Shown here in pieces: positions 1 to 11,500 of a stretch of 64,000 nucleotides of DNA. Numbering within the stretch: position 1 is the stretch's first letter; every line of letters starts with the position of its first letter. Position numbers and translations under genes: made by a program. The DNA lies in contig NIVC01000297.1 of assembly GCA_002269645.1 (NCBI GenBank), positions 248,001 to 312,000 on the forward strand, read 5' to 3'. The notes under the pieces are model-generated. The model searched no databases. It was not told where the DNA came from and saw nothing but the letters and a program-made list of their open reading frames with translations. The stretch comes from Macrostomum lignano. Its lineage: Eukaryota.

Positions 1-365
1 CGTTCATCCGGGGCTTGTTGGATCTTGTAACGCTTGCCACCTGCGAATCTGTTTTCTCCATCTCCGATGCCTGCTCCTCCGCTGCTTCAAACGCTCTCGC
101 TTTTCGCAGGGCTTCGTCCAAGGAAATGTTGGTCTCTTGGAGTAGCCGCCGTCGTAACTTGTCTGATGTACAGGTCGCTACAAGCTGGTCTCTGATAAGG
201 GAGTCCTTCAGATTTTCGAACTCACAAGCCTCGGCTGAAGCACGCATTCGTGAATACCAAGCTTCGATTTTCTCTCCTTGTTGCTGGATGCAGTTCCTAA
301 ATTGGTATCGAGCGAAGACGATGTTCTTTCTCTCGTCAAACTGCTGCTTTAAAGCATTTAGCGTG
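1..365 (-). mobile_element. gag: Ty3/Gypsy LTR-retrotransposon gag fragment, truncated at the Polinton end
   Basis: Minus strand translates openly as TLNALKQQFDERKNIVFARYQFRNCIQQQGEKIEAWYSRMRASAEACEFENLKDSLIRDQLVATCTSDKLRRRLLQETNISLDEALRKARAFEAAEEQ, the typical invertebrate Gypsy gag pattern (R-x-Q-x-x-GE, CEF, IRDQ, LRRRLL). It is missing from the ORF track because it has no start codon in the window. Confidence 0.7.
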
Positions 366-429
366 AGTAGTATTATTAAATTACACGCACCCCACATTTT
401 TACATGTAAAAATGAATATAGTCCCCACC
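366..429 (+). repeat. Left terminal inverted repeat of the Polinton
   Basis: agtagtattattaaattacacgcaccccacatttttacatgtaaaaatgaatatagtccccacc matches the reverse complement of 20608-20671 at 61 of 64 positions. Confidence 0.9.
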
Positions 430-683
430 TACACTCGAACTGTAATACGCCTCCGTCAGTTCGAGCTAACGAACGAAACGCAACTCGCCCAAGCCGGCGT
501 TCGATAAGGTACAAATCTTAGCTTTCTTATCTTAATACGACACACTAACCAACACTAGCGTTCTCCCAAAAGAAATATTGAATTCAAAGTCCAATTCTTC
601 CTTAGCCTTGGCCATTTATTTCTGCAAAGTATATTTGACTGAATTCGCCGCAAGTCCATACGCATTAAAAACGAGTAAGCAAA

Positions 684-1235
684 TTACCGCAATCTAATAC
701 GCAGATAGTTCATCGCGAAAGAACGCAAACGATTATAACAGCGCTTAAACAGATTCTCGGCGCCACCACCACTAATCATGCTCGCTAGAAAATCCTTCAA
801 ACCACCACCACGATGCAGTTTAAAGTATAAATAAAACAAAACCCATATACCACAGTGCAGACTTGTTGGTTCTTGAATAGCAAAACGCGAATATTCCCAA
901 TTTCCCCCTCCACAATTCCGTATAAACCACCGACGTATTAACTCACATGGATTTAACCCCAAGGAATCGAAATACTCTCCCTTCCTAGAGCCCCTCCTAC
1001 CCAACCTAAAACCCCCCACCCATAACAAAACCCAATGAGAACCCGGCAAATTTGAAGTATCGGTATTCACGATCAGAAAATAATGCCTTCTGTCTCTCGG
1101 GATTCGCGGGATACTACTCAACAAATCGACAGGAAAAATACCCAAAAAACAAACGTCTTTAAAACCGTTACATAGAATAATCACAACACGTTGCAAGAAC
1201 AAGTTCGTTACACCTTCGCCTCGCCTCATTTCCAA
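684..1235 (-). CDS. Adenain-like (C5) maturation cysteine protease
   Basis: VNTDTSNLPGSHWV (His), YFDSLG (Asp) and QEPTSLHCG (Gln/Cys) motifs. Confidence 0.9.
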   Translation of the reverse strand: MEMRRGEGVTNLFLQRVVIILCNGFKDVCFLGIFPVDLLSSIPRIPRDRRHYFLIVNTDTSNLPGSHWVLLWVGGFRLGRRGSRKGEYFDSLGLNPCELIRRWFIRNCGGGNWEYSRFAIQEPTSLHCGIWVLFYLYFKLHRGGGLKDFLASMISGGGAENLFKRCYNRLRSFAMNYLRIRLR

Positions 1236-2548
1236 GCGGTTCCTGGCACAACGTCCCGCAGTTCGGTAATCTGTAGTTGCTTGTCGAAAACACCACCGAA
1301 AATAACGTTATAGACCTCCGCTGTAGCCGTTCCAAAACGCATCTCCAGTCGGACATTCCCTTCCTTATACAATTGTACCGCCGGCGCAACTCCCCCGTCA
1401 GATCCTAACGAATACGCGAGTATCGTATACCCTCCGTTGTAGTCCGCCATCGAGAACCCCAAATCCCGTCCTTGTAAATACAAACCCAGTTGTTGACGCA
1501 GAGTTGTATACTCCTTTGCACAATCCCCTGTGAAGTCGAATTGACTAGGCCGTGTCGGTACCGCCTCACCATTTACGTAAACTCCAACGCTGATCAAATT
1601 CGCATGCACGAAATTGAACGGATTTGTCGCCAGACTTCCATTAAATGCAGTATTTCCAACGACTACCACCAGCAAAAGACGTGGCACTCCGCTCGGAAAC
1701 AGATTTTCGTGCGTATGGCTTAACGACCCTTGCGGTATAGTGAACGTACCCAATGATAAACTGCGATGAGGGTACAAGGCATTATGGGTCTTCAAACCAT
1801 GTGCATGGGCTCCAATCACACTGGCAGATGGCTGAACATACCGCAAACGAAGCTCCGCACTCTGAATCTCAACCTCGTAATCCTTTAACACTGCCTCACC
1901 AATCTGTGCGGCACTTAACACGAATTTGCTCTTTGCCGGTAGTAACTTTATCCGCAAAGGCGTCTTTGACAACAAATACCGTGGCTGACGAAATAGATCC
2001 AAAAACAAAGGCCCTGAAACCGTACAAGTTCTCCCACCCGCAATTAGTGCCTGTCGCTTCACTCGCCCAACGTTCGCGACGCCGGTGGCATTCATTTTTC
2101 CAGCAGTGTCCTTGTAAAATCCCCAGGCAGCCAATCCGCCGTCTTGTCCCAACCGACCATACTCCAAAAGCGTCAGAAGCATGGCCTTGTACGGATACAT
2201 GAAGCTCCCGCCTTCAACGACCGTATCTCCTATCCGCAATTGCACGTCTTCGAACAGCGTACTCACCACCATGTTATTCAGACAGACATAGTTTTTCGCA
2301 GCATCCACAGCCCCTCCACTCTCGTCTACTACTCGGATTCCAACAGTTAGAACTGTTTCTTGTAAGTCGACATACAAATCTCCAGCCGGTACAATCTCGA
2401 ACTCAATTGGCCCTCCTTGCGTAATCCCATGTTGAGGCTGTATATCCGTGTAGCGACTGTCCACAACACTGAATTGTACTGGTGGGCTGTCAAATAACGT
2501 CAACTCACTTTTCAATCCAGCGACGTCAGGCCCCAACAACTGATCCAT
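1226..2548 (-). CDS. Major capsid protein (double jelly-roll, Polinton PY/hexon-like)
   Basis: 440 aa intact ORF; N-terminus KSELTLFDSPPVQ...PIEFEI...YVDLQET and FNGSLATNPFNF are characteristic of Polinton MCPs. Confidence 0.85.
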   Translation of the reverse strand: MDQLLGPDVAGLKSELTLFDSPPVQFSVVDSRYTDIQPQHGITQGGPIEFEIVPAGDLYVDLQETVLTVGIRVVDESGGAVDAAKNYVCLNNMVVSTLFEDVQLRIGDTVVEGGSFMYPYKAMLLTLLEYGRLGQDGGLAAWGFYKDTAGKMNATGVANVGRVKRQALIAGGRTCTVSGPLFLDLFRQPRYLLSKTPLRIKLLPAKSKFVLSAAQIGEAVLKDYEVEIQSAELRLRYVQPSASVIGAHAHGLKTHNALYPHRSLSLGTFTIPQGSLSHTHENLFPSGVPRLLLVVVVGNTAFNGSLATNPFNFVHANLISVGVYVNGEAVPTRPSQFDFTGDCAKEYTTLRQQLGLYLQGRDLGFSMADYNGGYTILAYSLGSDGGVAPAVQLYKEGNVRLEMRFGTATAEVYNVIFGGVFDKQLQITELRDVVPGTAWK

Positions 2549-2941
2549 CTACTTGCCAAACAAACTGAATAACTTTTTAGTCGTGGCGCTCGGCTTTTTC
2601 TTTTTACGTATGCGTCTAACTCGCCGACCACGTCCAACCTGTTTTTTTACCGCAGGTGTCTTTCTGCTTATACCCTTTTTCCTGACTCGTCGTCGCTTAA
2701 CCACAACTGGTCCATCAGTAGTCGTCAATCTACGTTTCTTACCCATTCCAATCGTCTTCTTCAGGAAGCTTAAACCGCCCTCTACTAAATCCTTCCGAGC
2801 TCTACGTAGCACGGGATATATCACTCTCTCTGTTAAATTCGTCAAATATCCGTATCCCTCGTACACAGGTATCGAACTCGACCCACCACCCGTCCGCGGC
2901 TGTGTACTAGGTCCCGAATAGAATGCAAAAACCGGATCCAT
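2549..2941 (-). CDS. Basic virion core protein (adenovirus pVII-like)
   Basis: 130 aa, very Arg/Lys-rich C-terminal half, xxGG putative protease sites (RTGG, VEGG); its stop TAG directly abuts the MCP ATG. Confidence 0.6.
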   Translation of the reverse strand: MDPVFAFYSGPSTQPRTGGGSSSIPVYEGYGYLTNLTERVIYPVLRRARKDLVEGGLSFLKKTIGMGKKRRLTTTDGPVVVKRRRVRKKGISRKTPAVKKQVGRGRRVRRIRKKKKPSATTKKLFSLFGK

Positions 2942-2970
2942 GAATGCCGAGCGAAACTATACGTCAAAAT

Positions 2971-4112
2971 CTACTTAAAGTGCTTTGCTAATACCCGTGC
3001 TGTCTCTTTATCTAGATCTGATTCAGCCAACCACTGACCTCTCGAGTCGGGCATTCCCTCCCACTTGACAAAATATCGCCTGCCCTTCTTCCCCATACGC
3101 TCAACACGCTCGACCCGATCAATTTTAACAACCTCCGCCTCAGGTTCAGCCACTAGAAGCAGTTCACCTTGGTTGAATCGACCCTCCAACACTGTCGAAT
3201 CGTCCTCGGGTCTAACAGACCATAAGACGGTGGCTTCGTAGAATACACCCGATGAATTCGATACACCCTATTACTCCATGTCGTTGTGTAACCCTTCTCA
3301 AATTTTCCCTTTTGACGTGCAAGTCGTACCCAATCACCAACCTTAAAACGCGGAATAGGCCTCACATCGTCGCCATACAACTCCTCCCACACCATGCCCT
3401 GCAGATGGCCATCCGCACTCACATCAATGGGGCTACGACCATTTAAACTGCGGTGTGGAGAGTTATTCAACGCAAGCTCTAATTTTGGTAGAACATCAAA
3501 CCACCGGGCCAGATTTCGAGTCCGAAATAGTCGTAGTAATCGCTCCTTCACGGTGCGTATCAATCGCTCAGCCATGCTCGCTTTGTAGGTACTCTGACTT
3601 ACGAAAAATCGTACGCCCTCACGCTTTAACATCGACTGAGTTTCTCGCCCAAGAAACTCTCGACCAGCATCGCCTTGTAAGTACAGCGGTTTAAACCCCG
3701 TGCGGAATATCTCATACAATACACGGCTCACCTCACTTGGCTTCTTCGTCTTCAAAGCTCTCAAGCGAGCCAACCTAGTGAAACAGTCGACTAATACGAG
3801 GATGTACCTGTAACCACGGTTTTCGTCCTGATATTGCGGTAAGTCTGCCAAATCAATCTGCATTTGAAATTTTGCAACGGGCGGTAGTTGTATTTTCGGA
3901 GTTTTGAACTTCCGATTCGACTTCTGGAACAGATGTATCTCCTTCGTCCTACGCACCCACTTGTCAACAACAGCCTTGGCTTTTTTTTGCGTTAACTCCG
4001 GATACCTCCGCCTCAAAACTCGTATAAATTGCTTCTTATTGCCACTAAACGCAGTAGGGCGTTCCAAGTCGAAAAATGCCACGTCCAGAAACTTAAAAAA
4101 AATCGCTTCCAT
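2971..4112 (-). CDS. Retroviral-type (rve) integrase with C-terminal chromodomain; one frameshift near 3200
   Basis: QIDLADL / LQGDAGREF / MAERLIRTVKE DDE motifs in ORF 3153-4112; chromodomain YFVKWEGMPDSRGQWLAESDL in overlapping ORF 2971-3192. Confidence 0.92.
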
Positions 4113-4139
4113 CCTCCGTATTAGCGACTCTCCAAATTT

Positions 4140-4313
4140 TTATGATGCAGAACCCACATTAGTATTGCAACAGTTAAAACTTGCCTTTACCGTTACGTCT
4201 CCGTCAGGCTCCTCTGCGCGCAGTACGCGTTCCAATAAATTCGCAATGCAACCACCCTCCCCCAAAAAACAAATTCTAAAACGCTTGTACAACCACTGAA
4301 ACACATTCGCCAT
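4140..4313 (-). CDS. Small hypothetical Polinton protein (57 aa)
   Basis: Hand-translated MANVFQWLYKRFRICFLGEGGCIANLLERVLRAEEPDGDVTVKASFNCCNTNVGSAS; fills the gap between two packed genes on the same strand. Confidence 0.35.
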   Translation of the reverse strand: MANVFQWLYKRFRICFLGEGGCIANLLERVLRAEEPDGDVTVKASFNCCNTNVGSAS

Positions 4314-4361
4314 CCCCAGACTCGATATATTTCACGTAAAATACAATGCTTATACATTACG

Positions 4362-5027
4362 CTAGAGTCTCATAATCTTCCAAGGCTTGCAAGTCCCCAC
4401 CGCGCGACTCTGACTCGGAGTAGGTTCCATGGGTGTTCCTTCCTCCAGAACGTTTCGCATATGCCGCCCTAGCATCGACGGTGGAATTGATTCCCTGCGA
4501 AGCAGTGAGACGAAACGTTCCAGCTCTGCCGCCGGAGGCGATCTCCCTCGTTTCAATGGTTGGTCGCGAGTGACATACTCTACTAGCTCGTCAAAATCTC
4601 CTCCTCCAATCTCATTCGCAGCACCTGTCAGCCTTGCCTTCAGACGGTCGAAACGTGGTTGTACATTACGGGGGAGTCGCCTCCCCTTCTCGGTCTCACC
4701 CTCCGTCGGGCCATCATGACCAACGGATGAGCGAACCTCTGGCGGGGTCTCACCATTCTTATTGTACAGAGACCGCGTTTGTAGCAACCGACTCTCCAAA
4801 TCAGTTCTTTCCAACTGTGCGGTTGTAGGCTGCAGACTAGTCGATTCACCAATCTCCCGGTCAAGCCTATTCATCTCACCTTGCATTTCAACAATATTCT
4901 TACCCAAAGCGTCCACAGGTCCGTCCAATACTCCCGTCCTTCGCTCATCTTTCGACGTACATTCCAAATAAGCCTGCAACGGCAGCAAAACCATTCGCTG
5001 AAGAGTTCCTCCTCTATTGACTGGCAT
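4362..5027 (-). CDS. Hypothetical Polinton protein (221 aa)
   Basis: Intact ORF packed 1 nt after the upstream stop in the structural cassette; no motif recognised. Confidence 0.6.
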   Translation of the reverse strand: MPVNRGGTLQRMVLLPLQAYLECTSKDERRTGVLDGPVDALGKNIVEMQGEMNRLDREIGESTSLQPTTAQLERTDLESRLLQTRSLYNKNGETPPEVRSSVGHDGPTEGETEKGRRLPRNVQPRFDRLKARLTGAANEIGGGDFDELVEYVTRDQPLKRGRSPPAAELERFVSLLRRESIPPSMLGRHMRNVLEEGTPMEPTPSQSRAVGTCKPWKIMRL

Positions 5028-5028
5028 A

Positions 5029-5466
5029 TTACCTACGCCGTCCGGCCCGAATTGCTCGAACTAGATTTGCCGTCCCCGCAGCCGTACCGGCCAATCCCGA
5101 TGTAATCCCTAGAGCCGTGCCAATGGCTGGCAAAGCAGAAATTATCGGAGCAAGAAACGGCAGGAAACCACCACGCTGTACCAAAATTTCCTTCCTGGCT
5201 CTAGTTGATTTTTTCTCCTTCAACAATTCTTGTATCGGTTTCCGATAGCGTTCTAAACGTTTCTTGTCACACGACTTTAACGGCACGCGTCCTTTTACGA
5301 TATTCAAAAGAAACTCAACCAGGCAACGCACCTCGCCCGGACTTAAACTTCGCAGAAATCGCTTGCGCTGGTCCAATCCCCGAAGCCTCGCGACAACTTG
5401 CAATAGGAAGGCACACTGGGACAATGATCGCGCGCTTTGTACGCTCTTTTCTGTCAGCCCGGTCAT
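5029..5466 (-). CDS. Conserved small Polinton virion protein with QRGG-FL site followed by a hydrophobic/amphipathic segment
   Basis: ILVQRGGFLPFLAPIISALPAIGTALG; this QxGGFL architecture is common in animal Polintons. Confidence 0.7.
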   Translation of the reverse strand: MTGLTEKSVQSARSLSQCAFLLQVVARLRGLDQRKRFLRSLSPGEVRCLVEFLLNIVKGRVPLKSCDKKRLERYRKPIQELLKEKKSTRARKEILVQRGGFLPFLAPIISALPAIGTALGITSGLAGTAAGTANLVRAIRAGRRR

Positions 5467-5510
5467 TGTCTATCATGCCTTCTACTGATTCCGACTGTAC
5501 TTGCTTATAA

Positions 5511-6467
5511 TCAATCGTCTCGTACCCTGAAGTGCAGCACAGCAATCACATGGCTTCCATCAGGGAAATTCAAATCTTGCCCCCGTTGGTCGGCCAGACG
5601 AATGGAGATCTCATTAATGTAGCTCCGATTTGTCCGCAAGTAATATGGCGTCTGCAAAGCATTTCCGTCTCGTCGAAATATTCCGTTCTTTTCCTGGCGA
5701 AACTCAACCACGCGAAGTAGCGGAACCTGACGACTTCCAACCATTTGATATTCAACAATGTCGCTATAGCAGTACATGTAAACACTCCGCAGTATCGCTT
5801 CGGGTATTCTATCCAAATAGACCTTCGTCAGACCCCACGCACGATTTTTCCTCCAATACTCAACCACCTCCTTTAACGTATCCCCGGCAGGCCGTATTAC
5901 CTGCGTACTCTTCATCCAGACGGCGAAACCAGGTTCCAAGACAGCACGAAAATCGTACCAATTCGAATCTAATATACCTGCCTCGTCCATTGCATTCGTT
6001 ATGTTCGTCCAGGATTCACCCGCCGCATCCGCGGGTTGGGTGCGTCCGTCGTGAGCTGTCAAACCCCACGTACTGAAACCAAAGCATGTCAAAAAACTCC
6101 TTGGCAGTTCAATGCCCATACGTCGGCTGCCGGAATTTCGCAAATACCAAACATATGCTTTAGTAGCCGGCGTCCACGACAAGTGTACCTCCAAATCATC
6201 GGCCTGCCAGACCTTACCCAAGAAGACTTCATCTGTTTTCTCGATAATTTTCTCGATGTTGCAATAATATATCACCTTCACCTCTTCTCGAAGTTCCGCC
6301 GAGGAAGTTTCCGCCGGCGGGCTGTTACATAGCAAATCCACCAAAGCCACTTCATACTTCCCAGCCGGCGCTAGATTCAATGGTGTAGTTAGCCGCACCC
6401 GAAACTCGTGCGCAGAATTGGTCGGATAACTACGATCGTTTGACGGAATAAACACAAAGAAACTCAT
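5511..6467 (-). CDS. Minor capsid protein (penton, single jelly-roll)
   Basis: N-terminal FxxxxPSN...PTNSAHEFRVRLTTPLNL...YEVAL and C-terminal YSDIVEYQMVG...LLRVV...ISIRLADQRG...VLHFR motifs. Confidence 0.8.
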   Translation of the reverse strand: MSFFVFIPSNDRSYPTNSAHEFRVRLTTPLNLAPAGKYEVALVDLLCNSPPAETSSAELREEVKVIYYCNIEKIIEKTDEVFLGKVWQADDLEVHLSWTPATKAYVWYLRNSGSRRMGIELPRSFLTCFGFSTWGLTAHDGRTQPADAAGESWTNITNAMDEAGILDSNWYDFRAVLEPGFAVWMKSTQVIRPAGDTLKEVVEYWRKNRAWGLTKVYLDRIPEAILRSVYMYCYSDIVEYQMVGSRQVPLLRVVEFRQEKNGIFRRDGNALQTPYYLRTNRSYINEISIRLADQRGQDLNFPDGSHVIAVLHFRVRDD

Positions 6468-6497
6468 AATCTCACCCCATAAGCTGTAGCCGCTTCC

Positions 6498-7219
6498 TCA
6501 AAACTTGCTTATAATATCCTCCTCCTTGATAGTCTCCGGACGCATATAAACAACCTGGTGAGTGTCACTCGGAAAGACATTCGTCCGTATGCGTATCATA
6601 TCCGGCGTGTCCTGTCGTAAGTCTATGAAGAGATAGCTGAAGGCCTTGTCACCCGTCGCGTCGTCATAAGCCTGCACCAGAAATCTACTAGCTCGGGGTA
6701 CATCTGCCGACCCAAATGTTCAACGGCGCTACGATCCCTAACATTTCGGCTTAAACAGATATAACTCGTCGATAAACTTCTTTTTCTTGCCTCAGGATCC
6801 GCAGGGTCAAACAAATTTTGGCACAAATAAAGACAAGTCAATGGCGTATGATGAGCCAATTTGGTGAATACAGCGGTAAAAGCGCGTTGCTTTGCAACTT
6901 CACCCTGCAAATCATCAACAACGACTAAATCGTGCGGCTTGAATCTAGCCAACAACTGATCGGGGAATCCCTGTACGAAGTGACATTCGCCACTTCCACC
7001 CAATGTCCAACATTCTCGAACTCGTTTTTCCTCAGACGAATGTAACTCTGTACCGTGACACCAAATTAGACGCCTTGGTACTACTCGAAACAGACCCAAG
7101 CGCTCCCTTACCAGTCGAAGCACCCATTCAGTCTTTCCCGAATTCGAAGGACCTGCGACGATAAACGTCGAGTCATGAGCAAATCGCAAGTCGAATGTAC
7201 GCCTGTCCATTCTAGGCAC
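6498..7219 (-). CDS. FtsK/A32-like genome-packaging ATPase; one frameshift near 6690
   Basis: Walker A GPSNSGKT, Walker B VVVDDL, HH...QNLF motif; the shifted frame continues AYDDATGDKAFSYLFIDLRQDTPDMIRIRTNVF to a stop at 6498-6500. Confidence 0.9.
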
Positions 7220-7633
7220 CCAAACGCTGTTTTACGTTCATAACACGGGATACCAGTTTTGCGGCCAAACGTTCCCCCCACTTAGTTGTAGGATCCGCAG
7301 CAATCTCTCGAGCTCCTGCTTCGAGTTGTTGATCGGCCTTTGAACGCTCTGCCACGTCCGAGTGCTTCTCGTATGCCAGGTCGTGTAAGAGACACAATTT
7401 ATCGAGCCGATTCTTCCCAGTATCGCCCCGCGCTAAACGTTCTCTCAATCTGGTCCCGGGCCGCAGAATTGGTAACCCCCCGGCAAATGAAGCTCCCCTG
7501 GGAGATGATTTATTACCCAATTAACAATACCAAACCCCGTCTGACCTCGACGACGAGATTTCTTAGCTCGAGTCGACTTTGCTGCTGTCGAACGCACTCG
7601 CTTCTTCTTCTTCTGTCGGCCTTGTGTTCCCAT
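7212..7633 (-). CDS. Parvovirus VP1u-type phospholipase A2 (PLA2X); one frameshift near 7455
   Basis: ELHLPGGYQFCGPG (Ca-binding loop) then TRLRERLARGDTGKNRLDKLCLLHDLAY (HD catalytic dyad); basic N-terminus. Confidence 0.85.
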
Positions 7634-7778
7634 CCACTTAATTGTACCAAAAGAACCAATTGCATTTGCTTATACACACAGTGGTTAAATCCACGAGCAG
7701 TATATTGTATTAATAATCAAAGTGACAAGCCGCCACCAATTCCCACCACCGACCGACGGGCTCCGGGCGTGACCAGCA

Positions 7779-8394
7779 TCACATGTTAGTGCTGCCCATG
7801 CCACCCGTCTCGCGAACCGCCACCGGCTCCGGTTGTCGGTGCCACACCCCCGGCAGCTGGCCCTCGCGAGCTCGACCGACTTCTACCGGGGGCGTGACGC
7901 AGCGCTCCAGAATCAATTGGGCCACGCTGGTGGCACACGACAGATGAACTTTCTCATCTGACGTGTTGTGCAGGATCACGCGGAGTTCCCCGGTATAGTC
8001 CGGGTCAACCACGCCACCCTGCACATTTAGGCCTCGGTTGGCCCAACTGGACCGGCTCGCTATCCGACCATAGGTGCCGGCGGCAGCATCACCCGGAGGC
8101 CGGTGCGAATGATGGCCGTGTCAAAGGCCTCCACAGTGCGGTCTTCGCACGTGGCTAGGTCGTAGCCCACCGACCCGGCCGTAGCTCGCGAGGCATCACT
8201 GCCCCGGCATCCGTGAGCACTACGCGCAGCGGGACCGTCGAGCAAGAGTCGGAGCTCATAGTGGCTGCGGGATCATAGTTCATCTTATGCTTAGGAGGTT
8301 CTTCGTCCTCTAAAATAAGTCTAGTACTACCCGCGTAATCCTCGTCCCAATCAAAAAAACTAAGCCTAGTACTAATCCCCTGCACTGCCATCAT
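7779..8394 (-). CDS. dut: dUTPase; two frameshifts (~8175, ~8075)
   Basis: Motifs across the shifted frames: SVGYDL, GRIASRSS, GGVVDPDYTGE, VAQLI, RETGGMGST. Confidence 0.85.
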
Positions 8395-8519
8395 AGGCCT
8401 AGAAAAACGAAGAGAAAGAAGGAAAGGCGGATTCTTGCATATACATTCGATAATTGCGCGCATATATTGTGTGCAGAAAAAGCATAAACAGACAGAAAAC
8501 AGAGAGCGGAGAGAACAAG

Positions 8520-11500
8520 TCAAGTCAACCGCCAATGACCAAATGGGAGGGATGAGTAGGGATCGAGCCAGGCTCGCTTCGTGTCGAAGAAGCTAAGCGC
8601 CTGCTTGCGCTGCTCAAGAAGATAAATCTTCTGTCGTCGCGAAGTAATCGTCCGCATCGTTACATGCTCCAAAACTCGATCCTTCAACACACTCAAAAAT
8701 ACATTGTGCTTCATACCTCTTACAATCGACTTCGACACGCCCTTGCAACGCACAATCTGACAGAGGCTTTCCTTTGCATACACCATTGAATAGTTTTTCG
8801 GGCGTAGAAATGCAAACTCCAACAGTGTACAACCGGAAACTTCATCTTTCCAGGCCATTAACTTCCCTTTATACTTTGTTGTATAAAGCGGATGAGAAGG
8901 TGGATAATTACTAGTGTCTAACACACCGCACTCCACCAAGTCTTTAAACAATGTCTCCTGAGGACTCGTCTCCGGGTCGGCCATAACCAATGCCAGGATC
9001 AAACTATCCGTATCTCCACCAAGCACGCGGCAGAAGCAAGCGACCTATGGCATTGAATCCTTGAATAGAAAAACTCGTAGACAAATGTTTTCGCAAGGTC
9101 CAGAATAGCGCTACCAATCAGAATTGGCTTGTTTAGCAATACTCGACGAGGAGTCAAACTCACGCCCGCTAGACGATCTGTATACAGAATCACGTCCATA
9201 AACTCCTCTTTAGCGACATACGTTTCCAACTTCTCGGCAGTAGTACACATGCGATAGCTGAGTCGGTCTCGAACTCGCTGCAGAAACTTGCCGTACACAG
9301 CATTGTTCAATAGTTTAAAGAAATCTCGATCGAAATCGCTAGTCGCCTCAGACCGCCGACGAATATTATGTTCAATATATTCCTGTAGAATAGGACCTTC
9401 TACGAATTCGAGAACACGATTAACCCGCGTCACGCGCATGCCTAACTCGAGGTAAAGACGCAATGCTCGATGATGTACAATGTACCCTGTTTTATGCGTA
9501 ACAGAGCCAATTAGTTTCCTTGTCGGAGAAGTGAATCGTTTTACGTCCTCGTATACCTCCGCATTCCTCTTCCTGGGATCAAGCTGGCGTTGCAGACAAA
9601 CCCAATCCTGCTTCATATGCTCGGTTAAATAGGCACTATCAATTCTTTCATGGCCAATAGCCAGAGGTAGATCGGCAGTTGAGTCGTGCAAAAACTTTGG
9701 GTAGTAAAGATCGACATTCAATAACGCCCCTCGTCCATTCGAGCAATAGCTAGACAACCAAGCCAAAAACTTGCTCGACTTGTTCGGATTTTCCAACTCA
9801 GCTGCCTCATCATCAACTGATAGATTTTCAATCACTTCACGGGGCAACCAACGATAGGCCTTATACGGCAGCGCCTGCACCATACAACTGGCATAAAGAG
9901 AATTAGCATCAAGGTAGGCCAAGTGAGTGCCATACGGTGCATTCCGCCGTAGTTCTCTTAAATGTCGTCGTCGTCATCCAGCTGCCGACGCATTCTTCTA
10001 CCATTGGATTATTTGCCGTAGTAAGATGGCGAGTGCCGAAACTGAACCCACCTCGAATCGAAGCTTCAACCTCGGAGTACATACGAGCGTCTGTAAACAA
10101 CTCGATCGGCTTCTTCACCTTCAACAGACACGCAGCCAGACTATACATTGGCGATCCGAGAAAATGACACACATCCAAACCGTATTCTCGAATTGCAGTG
10201 CGACGAAAACTCTCAAATACGTCGCATAACAGTAGTACATCCAACAGTAAATACGCAGTCAGATAGTCACGCAAATTGGCACAATCAAACTCTTGCCAAC
10301 TCTGCTGAGCGCGTGTGTACTCCTCCTTAGAACACTCTTGCCGGGTCATTGCGTCGTAAAACAAATCTCGCGATGGCAGTTCAGTCACACTGTCCAACTT
10401 CTCTTCAGAGTCCAAGTAACAATACGGAAACACTCCCTTCTGCTGCAGAGTAGACAGTTGGAGTTTAGGATAAACATTCAGCAAATCTCGACAGTGTACC
10501 AATTGTTCCTGCGTCAAACGGTTTGCCAGACTAGCTAGACTTGTCGACAAGTACGCAAAACGTGTCCTTGAAGCAGATTCAAACCNNNNNNNNNNNNNNN
10601 NNNNNNNNNNNNNNNNNNNNNNNNNNNNNNNNNNNNNNNNNNNNNNNNNNNNNNNNNNNNNNNNNNNNNNNNNNNNNNNNNNNNNNNNNNNNNNNNNNNN
10701 GCCAGACTAGCTAGACTTGTCGACAAGTACGCAAACGTGTCCTTGAAGCAGATTTCAAACCAAACAAAATTCTTCTTCTTCTGCTTTTGTTGCTGCGGCC
10801 GTTGACTGCCAACCAGCAGCGGTACCTTGAACTTTAATGAAAACGTCTTAAACCGTTCCCTAGACTCGGGAAGAACGTGCAGTTGAACGTCGTCTTCTCC
10901 ACTAAACACATTGTACACCTCACGAACAATTATTTTACCGTCATATCCTCGAAGATTGTGCAGGTAGACGATAATTCGATAGCGCTGCAGGGCAAGTTTT
11001 CGATTGCACGACATGCAAGCCATTCCACGTGGAAGACCACTCAAATGACAATGATCCCAGACTTGAGACTCGTCAGCGGAAAACTCGCGACGACAGACGT
11101 AGCATCGATCTGCGCTAGGACGCTGACCTAGATACTTTCTAAGCATTGGTCTATAAGTCATCTTGCTAGTCGCATTAGTTACTTCGAATGCAAGCTCGCG
11201 CAGAGCCAAGAGAAACCTGCCAATACAATCTGTTGTGCCAGGCGTAGAATAAAACAACTTGCATGGAGTATTGTATCTGCTCAACAAATCCTCCCTCGTT
11301 ACACTATCCAAATCCGGATCGACAACCAAACGAAAGGCCACACAAACGGGCACGTGAATTTGTAAAACACGGCTGTTAGCCGTAGGCACTGGCAGGCCCT
11401 TGACGAGGCCCCTCGATGCCTTTTCAACAGGTACAAGTAGACTCTCAATATCAGCATAAACCAAATACAGCGGCGGCAGTCGAGTCTCGTAGGCTGAAAA

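Noticed and set aside
15-521. 168-aa plus-strand ORF
   Set aside because: Antisense shadow of the minus-strand gag fragment; it also runs through the Polinton TIR.
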